A stretch of DNA of 63,654 bases, filler included, from Microthyrium microscopicum (lineage: Eukaryota), in NCBI GenBank assembly GCA_010405405.1. It is 11 parts of 5 records of this genome, joined end to end, with 100 filler letters (N's around TTAATTAATTAA, not from the genome) between each part and the next. Parts side by side here need not be neighbours in the genome. Positions count along the whole stretch, not along the records: positions 3,531 to 34,502 come from MU004243.1; 10 more parts are not named here. The stretch is one strand, 5' to 3'. How positions within the stretch are numbered: the stretch's first letter is position 1; every line of letters starts with the position of its first letter. The position numbers and the translations under genes are program-made. The notes below the pieces were generated by a model. The model saw nothing but the letters and a program-made list of their open reading frames with translations. It searched no databases and had not been told where the DNA came from. This document shows, in pieces, positions 14,090 through 26,500 of the stretch.

Positions 14090-15689
14090 AAAAAGACTAA
14101 TAGCTATAGCTTAATCTACTTTAGTAGTAATTGCTATATATAAGCTAGTATAGGATAAAGAAGTTACTATTAACTCTAGTCTCTTAGTATAGATTAAGAA
14201 GGACTAGCTAGTAAGAGGGTAGATAGTAGTTTCTTAACTTCTAGTCGTTTTAATTGCCTTTTATTAACTATAGTATTTACTTATAAGCTATTTCTTTAAG
14301 TATCTATAATATATCTAACGACTTAGACTTTCTATAAAGAGTAATAAGTATACTTAATACTATATAATTAGACTAGAATAAGCTAAGTATTAGAATAATA
14401 GTAGTATCTTAGAAGAAATAGTTACTTAGAGTTATATAAGTATAATATTAATAAAGTTATTTTAAAAGGTACGTATAATATTAATAAAGTTATCCTAAAA
14501 AGTATAATAGCTATAGTATTAACTTTATTATTACTAAGGAAGAAGCTATTTTTTAATACTCTACTTCTAGAAGTTCTACTAAGACTAATTTACTATTACT
14601 AATATAGCTTACCTATCTACTTAAATAAAGATACTTTTAATACTCTATTCTAGTATTATAAAGTATAAAGTATATTTTAACTATAGGCTCTTTATAAGTA
14701 ACTATAATTTAGAGATAAAGTAAGTTTTCTATAGAATTTAATCTTAGCCTAGTTTAGTAATAATTACTATATATAAACTAATATAAGATAAGGAAGTTAC
14801 TATTAATCCTAGTTACTTAGTATAAGTTAGAAAGGACTAGCTAGTAGTATAGAAGGCTACCTATTTACTCTTAATACTTTATTTTAGTATTATAAGGTAT
14901 AAAGTATAATTTAATTATAGGCTCTTATAAGTAACTATAATTTAGAGATAAAAAGGTTTTCTATAGAATTTAATTTTAGTTTAGTATTACTATAGTTACT
15001 ACGTCCTTTGTTTTTATAGCTACTATATTCTTTACTACTATATTTATCTTTTCTACTTTAAGTATAGTTATAAATAATATAATCTAGCTTACTATTTATA
15101 AGAATAGTTAGTATATTCTACTTAGTAATAATTACTATATATAAGCTAGTATAGAATAAGGAAGTTACTATTAATTCTAATATAAGTAGTAAGATAGAAT
15201 AAGTAATAAAATAAAACGTAAAATTAAGGTAAATAAAGCTATTTAGAATAATAAGAAACTTATTTATATTTTATAAGTTCTTTCTAATATCTTAATTAAT
15301 ATACTTACTTCTCTATTAGAGTTATTATTCTATTATATACTACTAATAAAGAACTTATCTTTATTTTATTATATCTAGTATTATTAGTAAGATATATATT
15401 AAGTATTAGTAAAGTTAACTATATAACTACTATATAGTAATAAATTCTTAGGCTATAGTTTTTAAGTACTTTTTAAACTATAGAGTATATATATATTTTA
15501 AGTACTATAAAATATAAAGTTAACTATATAATTACTATATAGTAATAAATTCTTAGGCTATAGTTTTTAGGTTTTTCTTTAATTAATATAATTAAACCTT
15601 TTTAATAATAATAAAGGTTTAGTAAAATTAACTCTAAAGCTACTATATAGTATAGAATTTTAGAGCTATACTTTATAAAGACTTCTTTA

Positions 15690-15780
15690 TATTACTCTAT
15701 ACTAACTCTATACTAACTCTATATTAACTCTATACTAACTTTATATTAACTTTATACTAACTCTATATTAACTTTATATT
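15690..15780 (+). repeat. 11-bp tandem repeat (TAYTAACTYTA) x ~8
   Basis: Directly visible. Confidence 0.9.
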
Positions 15781-16850
15781 AATACTACTTAAATTCTAAA
15801 CTATCTATATTTATTTTATAATTAGTACTTATTATATAAACTAATATTCCTTAAGATATTAATTTTATATACTATCCTAATCTTATTTATACTATTATAT
15901 ATATATTAAATATCTTTATTTAAATATAATACTAGATAGTACTAAGGCTTATTTAAATTCTATTATATTTAATAGAATAAAACGTTATAATTATAGTAGA
16001 CTCTCTTTATAAATTATTAAGAAATTAGTAATCTTATTAAAGAGTAGTAGCTACTACTATATAAGCTTAAAACCTAGATATTATTATTCTAAGCTTTAAG
16101 AGTAGATAATAATATAGAATATAATTAAGGCTATTTAAGTATAATTAAAGTATACTTTTAGTAGTTATATTATAACTAATTCTAACTAAATTATAAGAAG
16201 TTATATTTAATTTTCTAACCTTTTTACTTATCCTACTACCTTAAGTCTAGATAGTATTAAGCAACTTCTAACTACTATTATTAAATATTGGATAGGCATA
16301 GGAGATTTAATATAGCCTATATACTTACTAAGAGAAGGGTATCTAAGATTTAAAAAGTATTAGGTAAATATCTTATATAATAAATAACATTTAAATTAAA
16401 ATACAAGTAAGCTAAAAGATATAGAATTACAAAACAAAATAAACTATTAATTTAGAATAGATAGAATTTAATAGAAGTAGGTATAAAAATCCTAAGCAAG
16501 ATAAGTAAATCTAATATTTAATAAGGTAAACATGTAGGGATTTATAAATTAGCTTAACTTGTTACTATAGCTTATAATATAAATGTTATAAGTATAACTA
16601 AATAATTAACATCTAGATTAGATTAGTATTTAATCTAATAGTAAGCCTAAAGGGGCATACCGCTCTTAATAATATTACCTACTACGTTTAACTTATAGTG
16701 TATTACTACTAACCTATACTACTTTAAGAACTTCTAAACTTCTAAACTTCTATTTTAGTAGTAGAAATTATCTTTATTTATAATAAGGTTATTAATATTT
16801 AGTAAAGTAGCACTTTTATATAATACTATAGCTTGCTTAGAAGGGTCTAG

Positions 16851-17722
16851 TAGGCTATACGTAGGTTTTAGTATAGTTATAGGGTTATATTTTAGGTAAA
16901 GATATTAGTTCGTAAGGAAGCTTACTAAATTTAGTAAAGGAATATTCTTTATAAGGACTACTTACTTATAATATCTCTCTTAAGGCGAGCTATATATAGA
17001 TTTTAATATAGTTATAAGTATATATTATAGATAAAGATATTAATTCGTAGGAAAGCTTACTAAATTTAGTATAGGAATATTCTTTAGGAGGACTATACTT
17101 ATAATATCTTTCCTTAAGTAGGCTATATATAGATTTTAGTATAGTTATAGGGATATATTATAGATAAAGATATTAATTCGTAGAAAAGCTTACTAGATTT
17201 AGTAAGAGAATATTCTCTAAGCTATACGTAGATTTTAGTATAGTTATAGGGATATATTGTAAGTAAAAATATTAGTTCGTAGGAAAGCTTACTAAGTAAG
17301 GAAATATTCTTTAAGCTATATATAGATTTTAGTATAGTTATAAGAACGTATTATAAGTAAAGATATTAGTTCGCAGAAAAGCTTACTAAGTAAGGGAATA
17401 TTCTTTAAGCTATATATAGATTTTAGTATAGTTATAGAGACGTATTATAGATAAAGATATTAGTTTATAGAGAAGCTTACTAAGTAAAGGAATATTCTTT
17501 AAGCTATATATAGATTTTAGTATAGTTATAGGAACGTATTATAAGTAAAGATATTAGTTCGTAGGGAAGTTTACTAAGTAAGGAAATATTCTTTAAGCTA
17601 TACATAGATTTTAGTATAGTTATAGAGATATATTATAGGCAAAGATATTAGTTTATAGGAAAGCTTACTAAATTTAGTAAGGAAATATTCTTTAGGAGGA
17701 CTATACTTATAATATCTTTCCT
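16851..17722 (+). repeat. Tandem array of 8 units (periods 135, 133, 99, 94, 94, 94, 94 bp)
   Basis: GCTATAYRTAGRTTTTARTATAGTTATA at 16854, 16989, 17122, 17221, 17315, 17409, 17503, 17597. Confidence 0.93.
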
Positions 17723-17879
17723 AAAATAGCTTTAATAAATAAAATAACACTACGCAAGAGTTTTAATTAGAGTAAATACTATAAGGCTTCTTCCTTAAAA
17801 GAATAAAAGTATAGTTAGGGATTTATAACTATAGTAAAGTTTAGTAAAGCTTAGTAGTAGTAGTTCCTTACTAAATTAC

Positions 17880-19110
17880 CTTATAAGTAAGCCTTAGCTA
17901 TAATGTCCCTTTAGTAGTATTATTCCTTTCGTATATATTATCCCTTTAGGTTAGGCGTTATATCTTAGTAGTAAGAAGGACGTAATTCCTTACTAAATAA
18001 TATTATTCTAGTACATTGTCCTTTTTGCTTACAACTACCTTACTAACTTCTAGTAAGTCTAAGTTGCTAAAGACTTCTATCCCTTTAGTAATAACGTCTT
18101 CTAATACTTTTCTACTACTAATTTATATCTCTAAAAGTAATATTTAGCTTTTAATATAATTGTACAAGCTTTAAGACGTTAATATAGAGTATTTTAGACT
18201 TCTCTATATATATTATATAAGGTAAAGTTACGTTTTAGTAGGCCTACATTCCTTAGCTTATATACTAAACTATTATATATACTATTTAGCTTACTAATTA
18301 GTAGAACTACTAATACTAAATACGTAAGTATTCCTTATAGATACTAATTATCTTATAAAACGTATTTATACTTAAATATCTAAGGGGCTAGCTTACTATT
18401 ATAGAACACTATACTATAGAAAATATAAAAAAAGTAAGAAAATAATATAAAATTAGTACTAAGATAGTTAGTACTACTATATAATAATTCTATAGAGCTA
18501 AATTATATATAAGTTTATCTTTCCTTATTAAATTAAGTATAACTAATACAATTAGGTAATAGAATTATAGTAGAGAAGGTTTAGTAAAGTAAAATTTTTT
18601 AGTATTAAGAGAGAGTAGGACTATAACTCTAATCTAGCTATTATATTTAAGTAGCGCTAAGCTAGTTTATATAGTAAGTAGTACGTATACCTAAGTCTTC
18701 TTAAGCTACTCTATAGCTATGTTAAGAACTAGGTAAGTAGAGAAATAATACTTTTTTAGCTCTTTTATAGAAGAAGGAAAAATTAATTAGCTAATTTAGC
18801 TAAATAATTATTATTTTACGTAACCTAAAATTATATAGAATTCATAGTAATTATTTAAGCTTATACTACATAGTAGTTTTATACTTACGTAGTCTTGCTA
18901 TACTAAATCTTAATAATTTAGTAGTAAGTATTACTTTAGAAATAACATTCTACTACTATAGAGTAAGTCTTCTTAGTTAAAAGGCTCTCTCTATTTCTTA
19001 ATCCTATATTCTCTAGTATAGTATACTTTTATAGCTATCTAATTTAAATATAAAGCTTACTATGCTATTCCTTTCTTAGGACTACTTAAGAAAATATATA
19101 TAGTAAAATA
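17880..19110 (-). pseudogene. Unknown cargo gene relic (spliced)
   Basis: Minus-strand frames with RIP-type stops only; GTAAGT...TTTTAG intron at ~18825-18888. Confidence 0.4.
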
Positions 19111-19164
19111 CTTTATAATAAAATGCTTAGTATTTTCCTTATAGCGTACGCTCTATAGACAACC

Positions 19165-19370
19165 TATTAGAATACGTTAAGGTATTTATCCTTTAATAGA
19201 GAGATACCTTATATAAGGAATTAAGATATTATTTATTAAAATACGTTAAGGTATCTATCCTTTATAAGAAGATGCCTTATATAAGAAATTAAGATATTAT
19301 TTATTAGAATACGTTAAAGTATCTATCCTTTATAAGGAGATACCTTACACGAAGGATTAAGATATTATTT
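19165..19370 (+). repeat. Three tandem 68-69-bp units
   Basis: AATACGTTAARGTATYTATCCTTTA at 19171, 19240, 19308. Confidence 0.92.
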
Positions 19371-19446
19371 TACTTATTATATATATTTATTTTAATAAAA
19401 CAAAAAGAATAACTTATAGTTACTTTTCAAAGTACTATTTAATAAT

Positions 19447-20880
19447 TACTTAGCTTTAAGGCGGCTAAAACTAGTAGAGATTACTAGTCTAACCTATCTC
19501 TATAACCTAGTCTAGTTTTCTAAATATATAGGTATTAACTAGTTAGGATAGCTATAAAGCCTTTCTATTACTAAGTAGTATTATTTAATACTACGTATTA
19601 CTTAGGTAAGTAGAGCTTTCTATAATAAAGCTTATTAAGTAGTATATTTATACTAATACTTAGTAAAATTGCTATAGAGGCATCTTAGTAGATCTTAATT
19701 AATATTAGGACTCTTTTAAGGCGATAATATTATAATAATCTTTATAACTATTTATACTTTAGCATTTATTATTAGAGATATCTTATTATACTTCATTAGT
19801 TACTTTTCTCTAATACGCTTTCTAGAGAAGATTAAAATAGTAAAGTATTTTTTATATTAATTTTTTTCTTTTAAAAAAAAGTCTTAACGTCTTTAACGTT
19901 AATACGTTTTATATTAATATATTACATTACGCTAAGTTAATTTATAGTAATATAGGTAGTTTTTAACTATTAATTAATTAGTATTTTAGTTATACTAAAT
20001 ACTATAACTACTTACTACCTAGAAATACTATATATAGAATATAAATAATATTACTACTCTTTATTAATTATAGCCTACTATAGACTACTATCTATAGTAG
20101 GCTTATTAATAATAACTAATTACCTCCTTATTTAGAGATTTTATCTTATAAATAGGCTTACTAGTTATAATAAAGTAATTCTAATATACCTTTTAAGTCT
20201 AATCTCGTTCTTTCTTTACCTATTTTTTTAACGATACTTTCCTAAGGCTATAGTTCTATATAACCTATTATACTTACGTAGTAATTATACTCTAAGCTAG
20301 GGTATAGTAATTAGGTTATTCTATATATTAGAGGAGCTTACGTTTTATAATATAGAGGAAAGTTAGTTAAAAACTAGTATATTATTTAAATACTATTTAA
20401 ACTAAATACTAGCAAGTTAGCAATTAGGAGAAAGGTTACCTAAAAACTAAAGCTAACTACTACAATTTTCTACTATAATCTTTAATTAAACTAGGCTATA
20501 TAAAGACTTTCTAATATTATTATAGCCTTATTATTATTATATATAGAGATAATTCTACGTAATACCTTATATCCTTAGGAAGTATAAGTACTATATTAAA
20601 AATAATATAAATAGTATAAGTAGGTTATAGGATTATTAACCTATATAAACTACAAGCTCTTAATTTTACTAAGAGTATTCCTATTTACAAAAAGTAATCC
20701 TACCTTAATTTAGTATTAATAGGTATATCTAATACGTTAGCCCTAACGCATAATAGAGGTCACACTCTTTACTTTAGTATAAAGTATATATTTTTTCTAA
20801 GAAGGTTAAGTTTATTAGGTAAAGACTCTAAGTAGCCTTATTAAGGTAATTTAACTATATTATTTATTAGCTAGTAGTTA
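19447..20880 (-). pseudogene. Unknown cargo gene relic(s)
   Basis: Protein-like minus-strand frames at ~19447-19920 and ~20440-20880, broken only by TAA/TAG; family not recognised. Confidence 0.3.
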
Positions 20881-22027
20881 TACTTTAGATATACCTAACT
20901 TTTCCTTAGATAGAAATCTTAATATATATTATTAATTTAAAGTAGTAAATATTATTATTAAAAGAATATAGACATAGAAGCCTCTAAAAAAATAGAGAAA
21001 CTTTATTACTTAGTATATAATTAGTAGTATATTATAAAAAAGGCAGAAATATGCTTTCTATTAATATATACTAGATAACGTAAATAAATATTAATAAATA
21101 TTATTATTAGTTTATTAATATATAGAAGCAAGCTAGTTAACTACTTCTAAATATTTTTATTTAAGTAGTATTCTCCTTAAGTTAAAAAGTACTAGTCCCT
21201 AGTAGATAAAAGTAGCAACTATAGTATATATCTAACTACTAGACAATTAAGTAGTAAAAGAGTAGCTTAGAATTAGCTAACATCTAAAAATATATTACTA
21301 GCTATAGTAGTTACTAACTAGTCGTTATACTTATTTATAAAGAAATATTATAAAATCTAAGTAGTTAAACTTTTAACTTATAGGGCTTATATATCTATCT
21401 ACTTTATTACTTAGTAATAATTAATAACTTTAAGAACAAACTAAGGGTTTATTTAGAATATCTAGGAGTATAGTATAGTAAGCCTATATTTTATATATTA
21501 TAACTAATAGAAATAAAAATACAAAAAGCGTATTATAAGCTATCCTTTGCTAAATTTAAGCTTATAATCTACGCTTTAAGTAAATTCTAAATTTACTCTA
21601 TTATCTACTAATCTACTTTAAGACAGTAGGAATTACTTTTAGCATCCCTATTTATTTTAGTAGTTATTTTTTAATATATTTACTTTTACTTATTATTACT
21701 ACGCCTAGGATAGCAAAGTAAGTATACTACTTTGCTTACTCTAGGTACTTATTATATATTTAGTTCTTTTATCTTTTTAGGAAGTTTTCTATCTATAGAG
21801 ATAGTATTATATTAATAGGTTAAAGCTAATTATAAACTTAGGTATATATTATAGGTATTAATTAGAGTATAGCTAATAGTACTTCTTTATAAAAAGATAG
21901 TTATATTTAACGTAATAGTATATTTCTACTAAAGACTATATTATATATATACTAATAGAGTACTAGATCCTTATCTACTATATTATTAAACAAGGCAATA
22001 CTTTACGTAGAAGAAATATATATTAGT

Positions 22028-22228
22028 AACAAGATAACTAATAAGTAAGAATATATCTACTTCCTTTTACTATTAAAAAGAATACTAACTTAATATTAGA
22101 TTAATAAAAATCTTAATTTAGGTAAGCATTAGCTTCTTTAGAAGCTATATTAGACCCTAATTATTCTCTTAGTTTACCTAGGAGGTAGTTAAGGTTTAAT
22201 ATTAAAAAATAAAGACTTAAAAATACTA
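22028..22228 (+). repeat. ~200-bp direct repeat, left copy, with internal hairpin 22147-22202
   Basis: Colinear with 23151-23350. Confidence 0.93.
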
Positions 22229-22420
22229 AGGAAAACTAAGAACTAAAGATATAAACTAAAAAAAAAATATAGACTTAAAGCAGACCTAGGTATATTATTA
22301 GCAAACTACCCCTTATAAGTAATAAGTTTATAAGTACTATTAATTTATAAGCAAATTAAGAGCAAGACTAACATATAGGTTAAATAAGAGCAGGACTAAT
22401 CTATAGCTTAGCTAGCTAAG

Positions 22421-23120
22421 GGAACTAAAATTAAGAAGGAATTACTTAAGTTAATATATAATAGCTTATAAAATAAGACCTTTACTAGACAAGCTAAGTT
22501 ACTTACGCTAATTAATAATAATTAGCATTAATACCTATAAAAGCAAAAAGAATATTAATCCTACTTATATTGCTTTTTACTATAAAGAGATAAAAAAGAG
22601 AGATAGCTACGTTTCTCTTTTTTATATATAATAATATAGTAACTCTTAATATAAGATTTAGATACGTTAAAACGAAATAGGATCTTTTAGTAATATAATA
22701 AATAATATTATAATAAGATTTTATTTCTAATATAATAAATAACGTTATAATAGAAATAGAATCTTATTATAATATTATTTATTATATTACTAAAAGATCC
22801 TATTTTATTTTAGCACATCTAAATCCTATATTAAGAGTTACTATATTATTATATATACTATCCCTTAATATTCTACTAAACCTTAATATCTAGCTTATTA
22901 AGGTTTAGTAAGACATATATAGTTAGGAACGTAGCTATTCCTCTTTTTTATTTCTTTATAGTAAGGAGCAATATAAGTAGAACTAATATTCTTTTTACTT
23001 TTATAGGTATTAATGCTAACTATTATTTATTAGCTTAAGTAACTTAGCTTATTTAGTAAAGGTCTAATTTTGTAAGCTATTATATATTAACTTAAGTAAT
23101 TCTTTCTTAATTTTAGTTTC
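22421..23120. repeat. 700-bp branched inverted repeat
   Basis: Outer arms 22421-22616 / 22925-23120; inner arms 22623-22736 / 22744-22857; side hairpin 22874-22888 / 22896-22910. Confidence 0.95.
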
Positions 23121-23150
23121 ATTATTCTATATTATAGTAGGAAAATTAAC

Positions 23151-23350
23151 AACGAGATAACTAATAAATAAGAGTGCATCCACTTCCTCTTAATATTAAA
23201 AAGAATACTAACTTAATATTAGACTAATAAAAATCCTAATTTAGGTAAGCATTAGCTCCTCTAGAGCTATATTAGACCCTAATTATTCTCTTAGTTTACC
23301 TAGGAGGCAGTTAGGGTCTAATATTAAAAGATAAAGACTTAAAAATACTA
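23151..23350 (+). repeat. ~200-bp direct repeat, right copy, with internal hairpin 23269-23324
   Basis: ATATTAGACCCTAA...TTAGGGTCTAATAT stem; colinear with 22028-22228. Confidence 0.93.
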
Positions 23351-23559
23351 GAGGAAGTATAATAGCTCTAGATTAATTAGGGAAATAGGCATAGTTAGTA
23401 ATACACCATTATATAAAGGAAAGGGCACGCTACTCTTAATAAGATTACGTACTACGTCTAACTTATAAGATAAAGCCTAAACGCTATAATATTACTAAGA
23501 CGAACTATATACTTTTAAGAACTTCCTATTTTACTATTTAGAATCTATAAATTATAAAT

Positions 23560-26500
23560 ATAGATTATTTTAAGGCAATCTTTAAGAAATATCTATAATA
23601 TAAAGTTATAGTCTATTCTAAATATAGCTATATAGTCCTACTAATATTATTTTCTAGATATATTAAAAAACACTATAAAAGCTTATTACTAACTACTAAG
23701 AAAGAGCTTATTTAGAAACTATAACTCGTTACGAGACTTATATAGAATATTAATAAAGTAGTATTTCTAACTAAGACTTATCTACTAATTCTAAAGATTT
23801 TAATTTATTATAATAGATAAAAATGCTTAGAGTATAGGTATATATATAAAGGCTAAGTAATTTATATTTAAGAGCATTATTAAATTAAGTATAGCTAGAT
23901 TAATCTAAATAAATAAGGTCGTTAGATAATTAAAATACAACGAAATATATTAAATTAGTATTATCTATAAAGAAATAATATTTATTATTAAAAGATCTTT
24001 ATACAGCTACCTTAGGACTAAATTATTAAAGTCTATTAACTACTAGACACCTAGTAAGCAGCTTAGCTACATCCTAAGTACAAAATAATTTAATATTAAG
24101 TATTAGCAACTTAGTAAAGAAAACAAGAAAACTAATATAAGGAATTAATTAATATAAAGAGCATAATAAGCTATCTAGAAGCTAATATATAGGTTAAGCA
24201 TATAGAATAGGCATAAATCCTATAATTATATAAATAAACGTAGCTAATTAGTTTTATACGACCTATTAACGTCTAAATAGAGGCTAAACTCGTAAAAATT
24301 AGTAGATTAGTCTAATAAGTTATCTAAAATACTATTAAGAATTTATAAAAAAATATTATTAGTTAAATAGTACTTAAAATAATTAATTAAAAGATTTTTA
24401 GTAGTAATAGCAAAGATAGAGCTAGAAAGCTAATACTAGTTTAATAATTAGCTAAAATAATTTAAAGATATAGTAATATCTAGTTATAGATTATTTAATT
24501 TGTTTAGCGCATATATAAGGAAGAATAGCTTAAGCTAACTATATCTAATAAAGAAGGCTAAAAAAAGTATTAAAACCTTACTAAAGAGAGGAAAGTAAGG
24601 CTAGACTTTAAGTTAACTAAAAGATAAGATACGCTACTTAATAATATCTAGGACTTATTAAGTATATTACTAAGTAGGGAAGTAAATAATAATTTAATAG
24701 ACGTAGAGTTTATAAATAAGAGTAAAGATAAGAGTATAAAAATAAAATTAAAAGAGGAAAGAAAAAAATTAGATAGTTTAGTTTTAGATTTATTTCTAGC
24801 TTTATTAGATTATAACATTAGTAATATTACACATAAGAGTATTTTTATTACTATAATTATAGTTATTAGTTTAGAAAAAGATAGTAGATAGAAAGATCTA
24901 TTATTATTTACTCTACGTTTATTAGCTATTATTACACTTAAGCATATATTTATATTATATAAAGCTATATACAAGAGAGTAGAAAGAATTACTAAGTTAT
25001 TAAAAAATAAAGAAATATATAAAAAAGATATAGAAGATATAGCTAAGTAGTATTATAAAATTATTAAGTAAATAGTAAAGAGGTTTATAGGATTAGTAGT
25101 AGTAAGGTATATTCTAGGTCTAATTAACTATGTCTTAAAGGTACGTATATATAGATTAAAGATTTAATATAATATAATAGATTAAGAAGTAATTAGCTAG
25201 ATAGATAATAAGTTATTATTTAGTAAGGTACGTTTCTACTTTAATTATGATTTAGAGAATATAATAGCTAAAGTACTAGTAGGTAAGGTATACTTTAGTA
25301 TATTATAACTTAGTTCTATAGTAGTAAACTTATTAGAAGAGACTAGAGAGCATCTCTATAAAGACTTATTATTATTTACAATAGTTATTAATAATAATAC
25401 TATTAAATAGTAGAAATAATATAAATTACTAATAATTTACTAGAAATATCTAGAAGATAATGTATCTAAAATATAGTAAGATTAGAATTTTTTAGTTAAT
25501 AGAAGAAATACTTAAAATAATATATTACTTAAAGAAGCTAGAGACTATTAGATTCTAGACAATTAAGTACTTACTAATTTAAAGATTAATACGAAGTTTT
25601 TACGCATAATACTAAATAAGAAGGAGATACTTAAAGTATATCTAGATTAAAAGCGGATGTTTAAGTACTAAGTAGTAATAGAGAAGATAAAAGAGAAGTT
25701 ATTAGTTCTAATCTATATAACAAGTAGCTAGCTAGCCTAAGGCATAGAAATCATTATAACAAAATTTAAAAATAGGCTAGCTAGTTTATATTAAGGAATT
25801 TTTATTAAGAATAGCTTAATAGTATTTATTACTAAATACTATAAAGGTTTTAATTTATTAGCAATCTTAAAGGTAGTTTATTAATATATACTATTAGAAG
25901 TTAGTAAATTGTTATATTATTATTTATAGCTTATAAAACCTTTTTAGGTATATATATTAGAAATAGCTAGAGTAGAGATAATAAAGAGTAAGTACTTATA
26001 GCTACTAGTAAGTAATAAAAAGGAGTATAATATAGATAAAGTAGATATTAATAATTAGGAAGAAAGGGAAGATAAAGATAGCTATATAGCTATAGAATAA
26101 GAGATATAAGGGTTAAATAATAAAATAGAAGACATAATAGTACTTAAAAAGGATAAAGATAACAATATAGTAAAGTAGGATAAAGAGAAGAGTATTTAAT
26201 TATAGTAAAAAAGTAAGGAATCTATAGAATTTATAAATAAAGAATAGTTATTAATTTAAGTTTAAAAAGTATTAATTTAAGAGATAGAGAAGCATCTAGG
26301 TATATAAATAATAATGTTAATATAGTAATATATATATATTATAATTATATATAAGTATATTAAAGATAGATTAGTAGAACGCATAATTATAAAGTAGGAA
26401 GACAATTTAGGAATAGAAGAAGTATTAAAAACTAGAGTAGAGATAAGTATAGGTAAATTAGATTTAATAGCTAATAAATAAGCTAGTTATAATACGCAAA

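Noticed and set aside
16851..17722. CRISPR-like appearance of this and the 19-, 49- and 194-bp arrays
   Set aside because: There are no unique spacers (units are wholly repeated), no cas genes, and the context is eukaryotic and RIPped.
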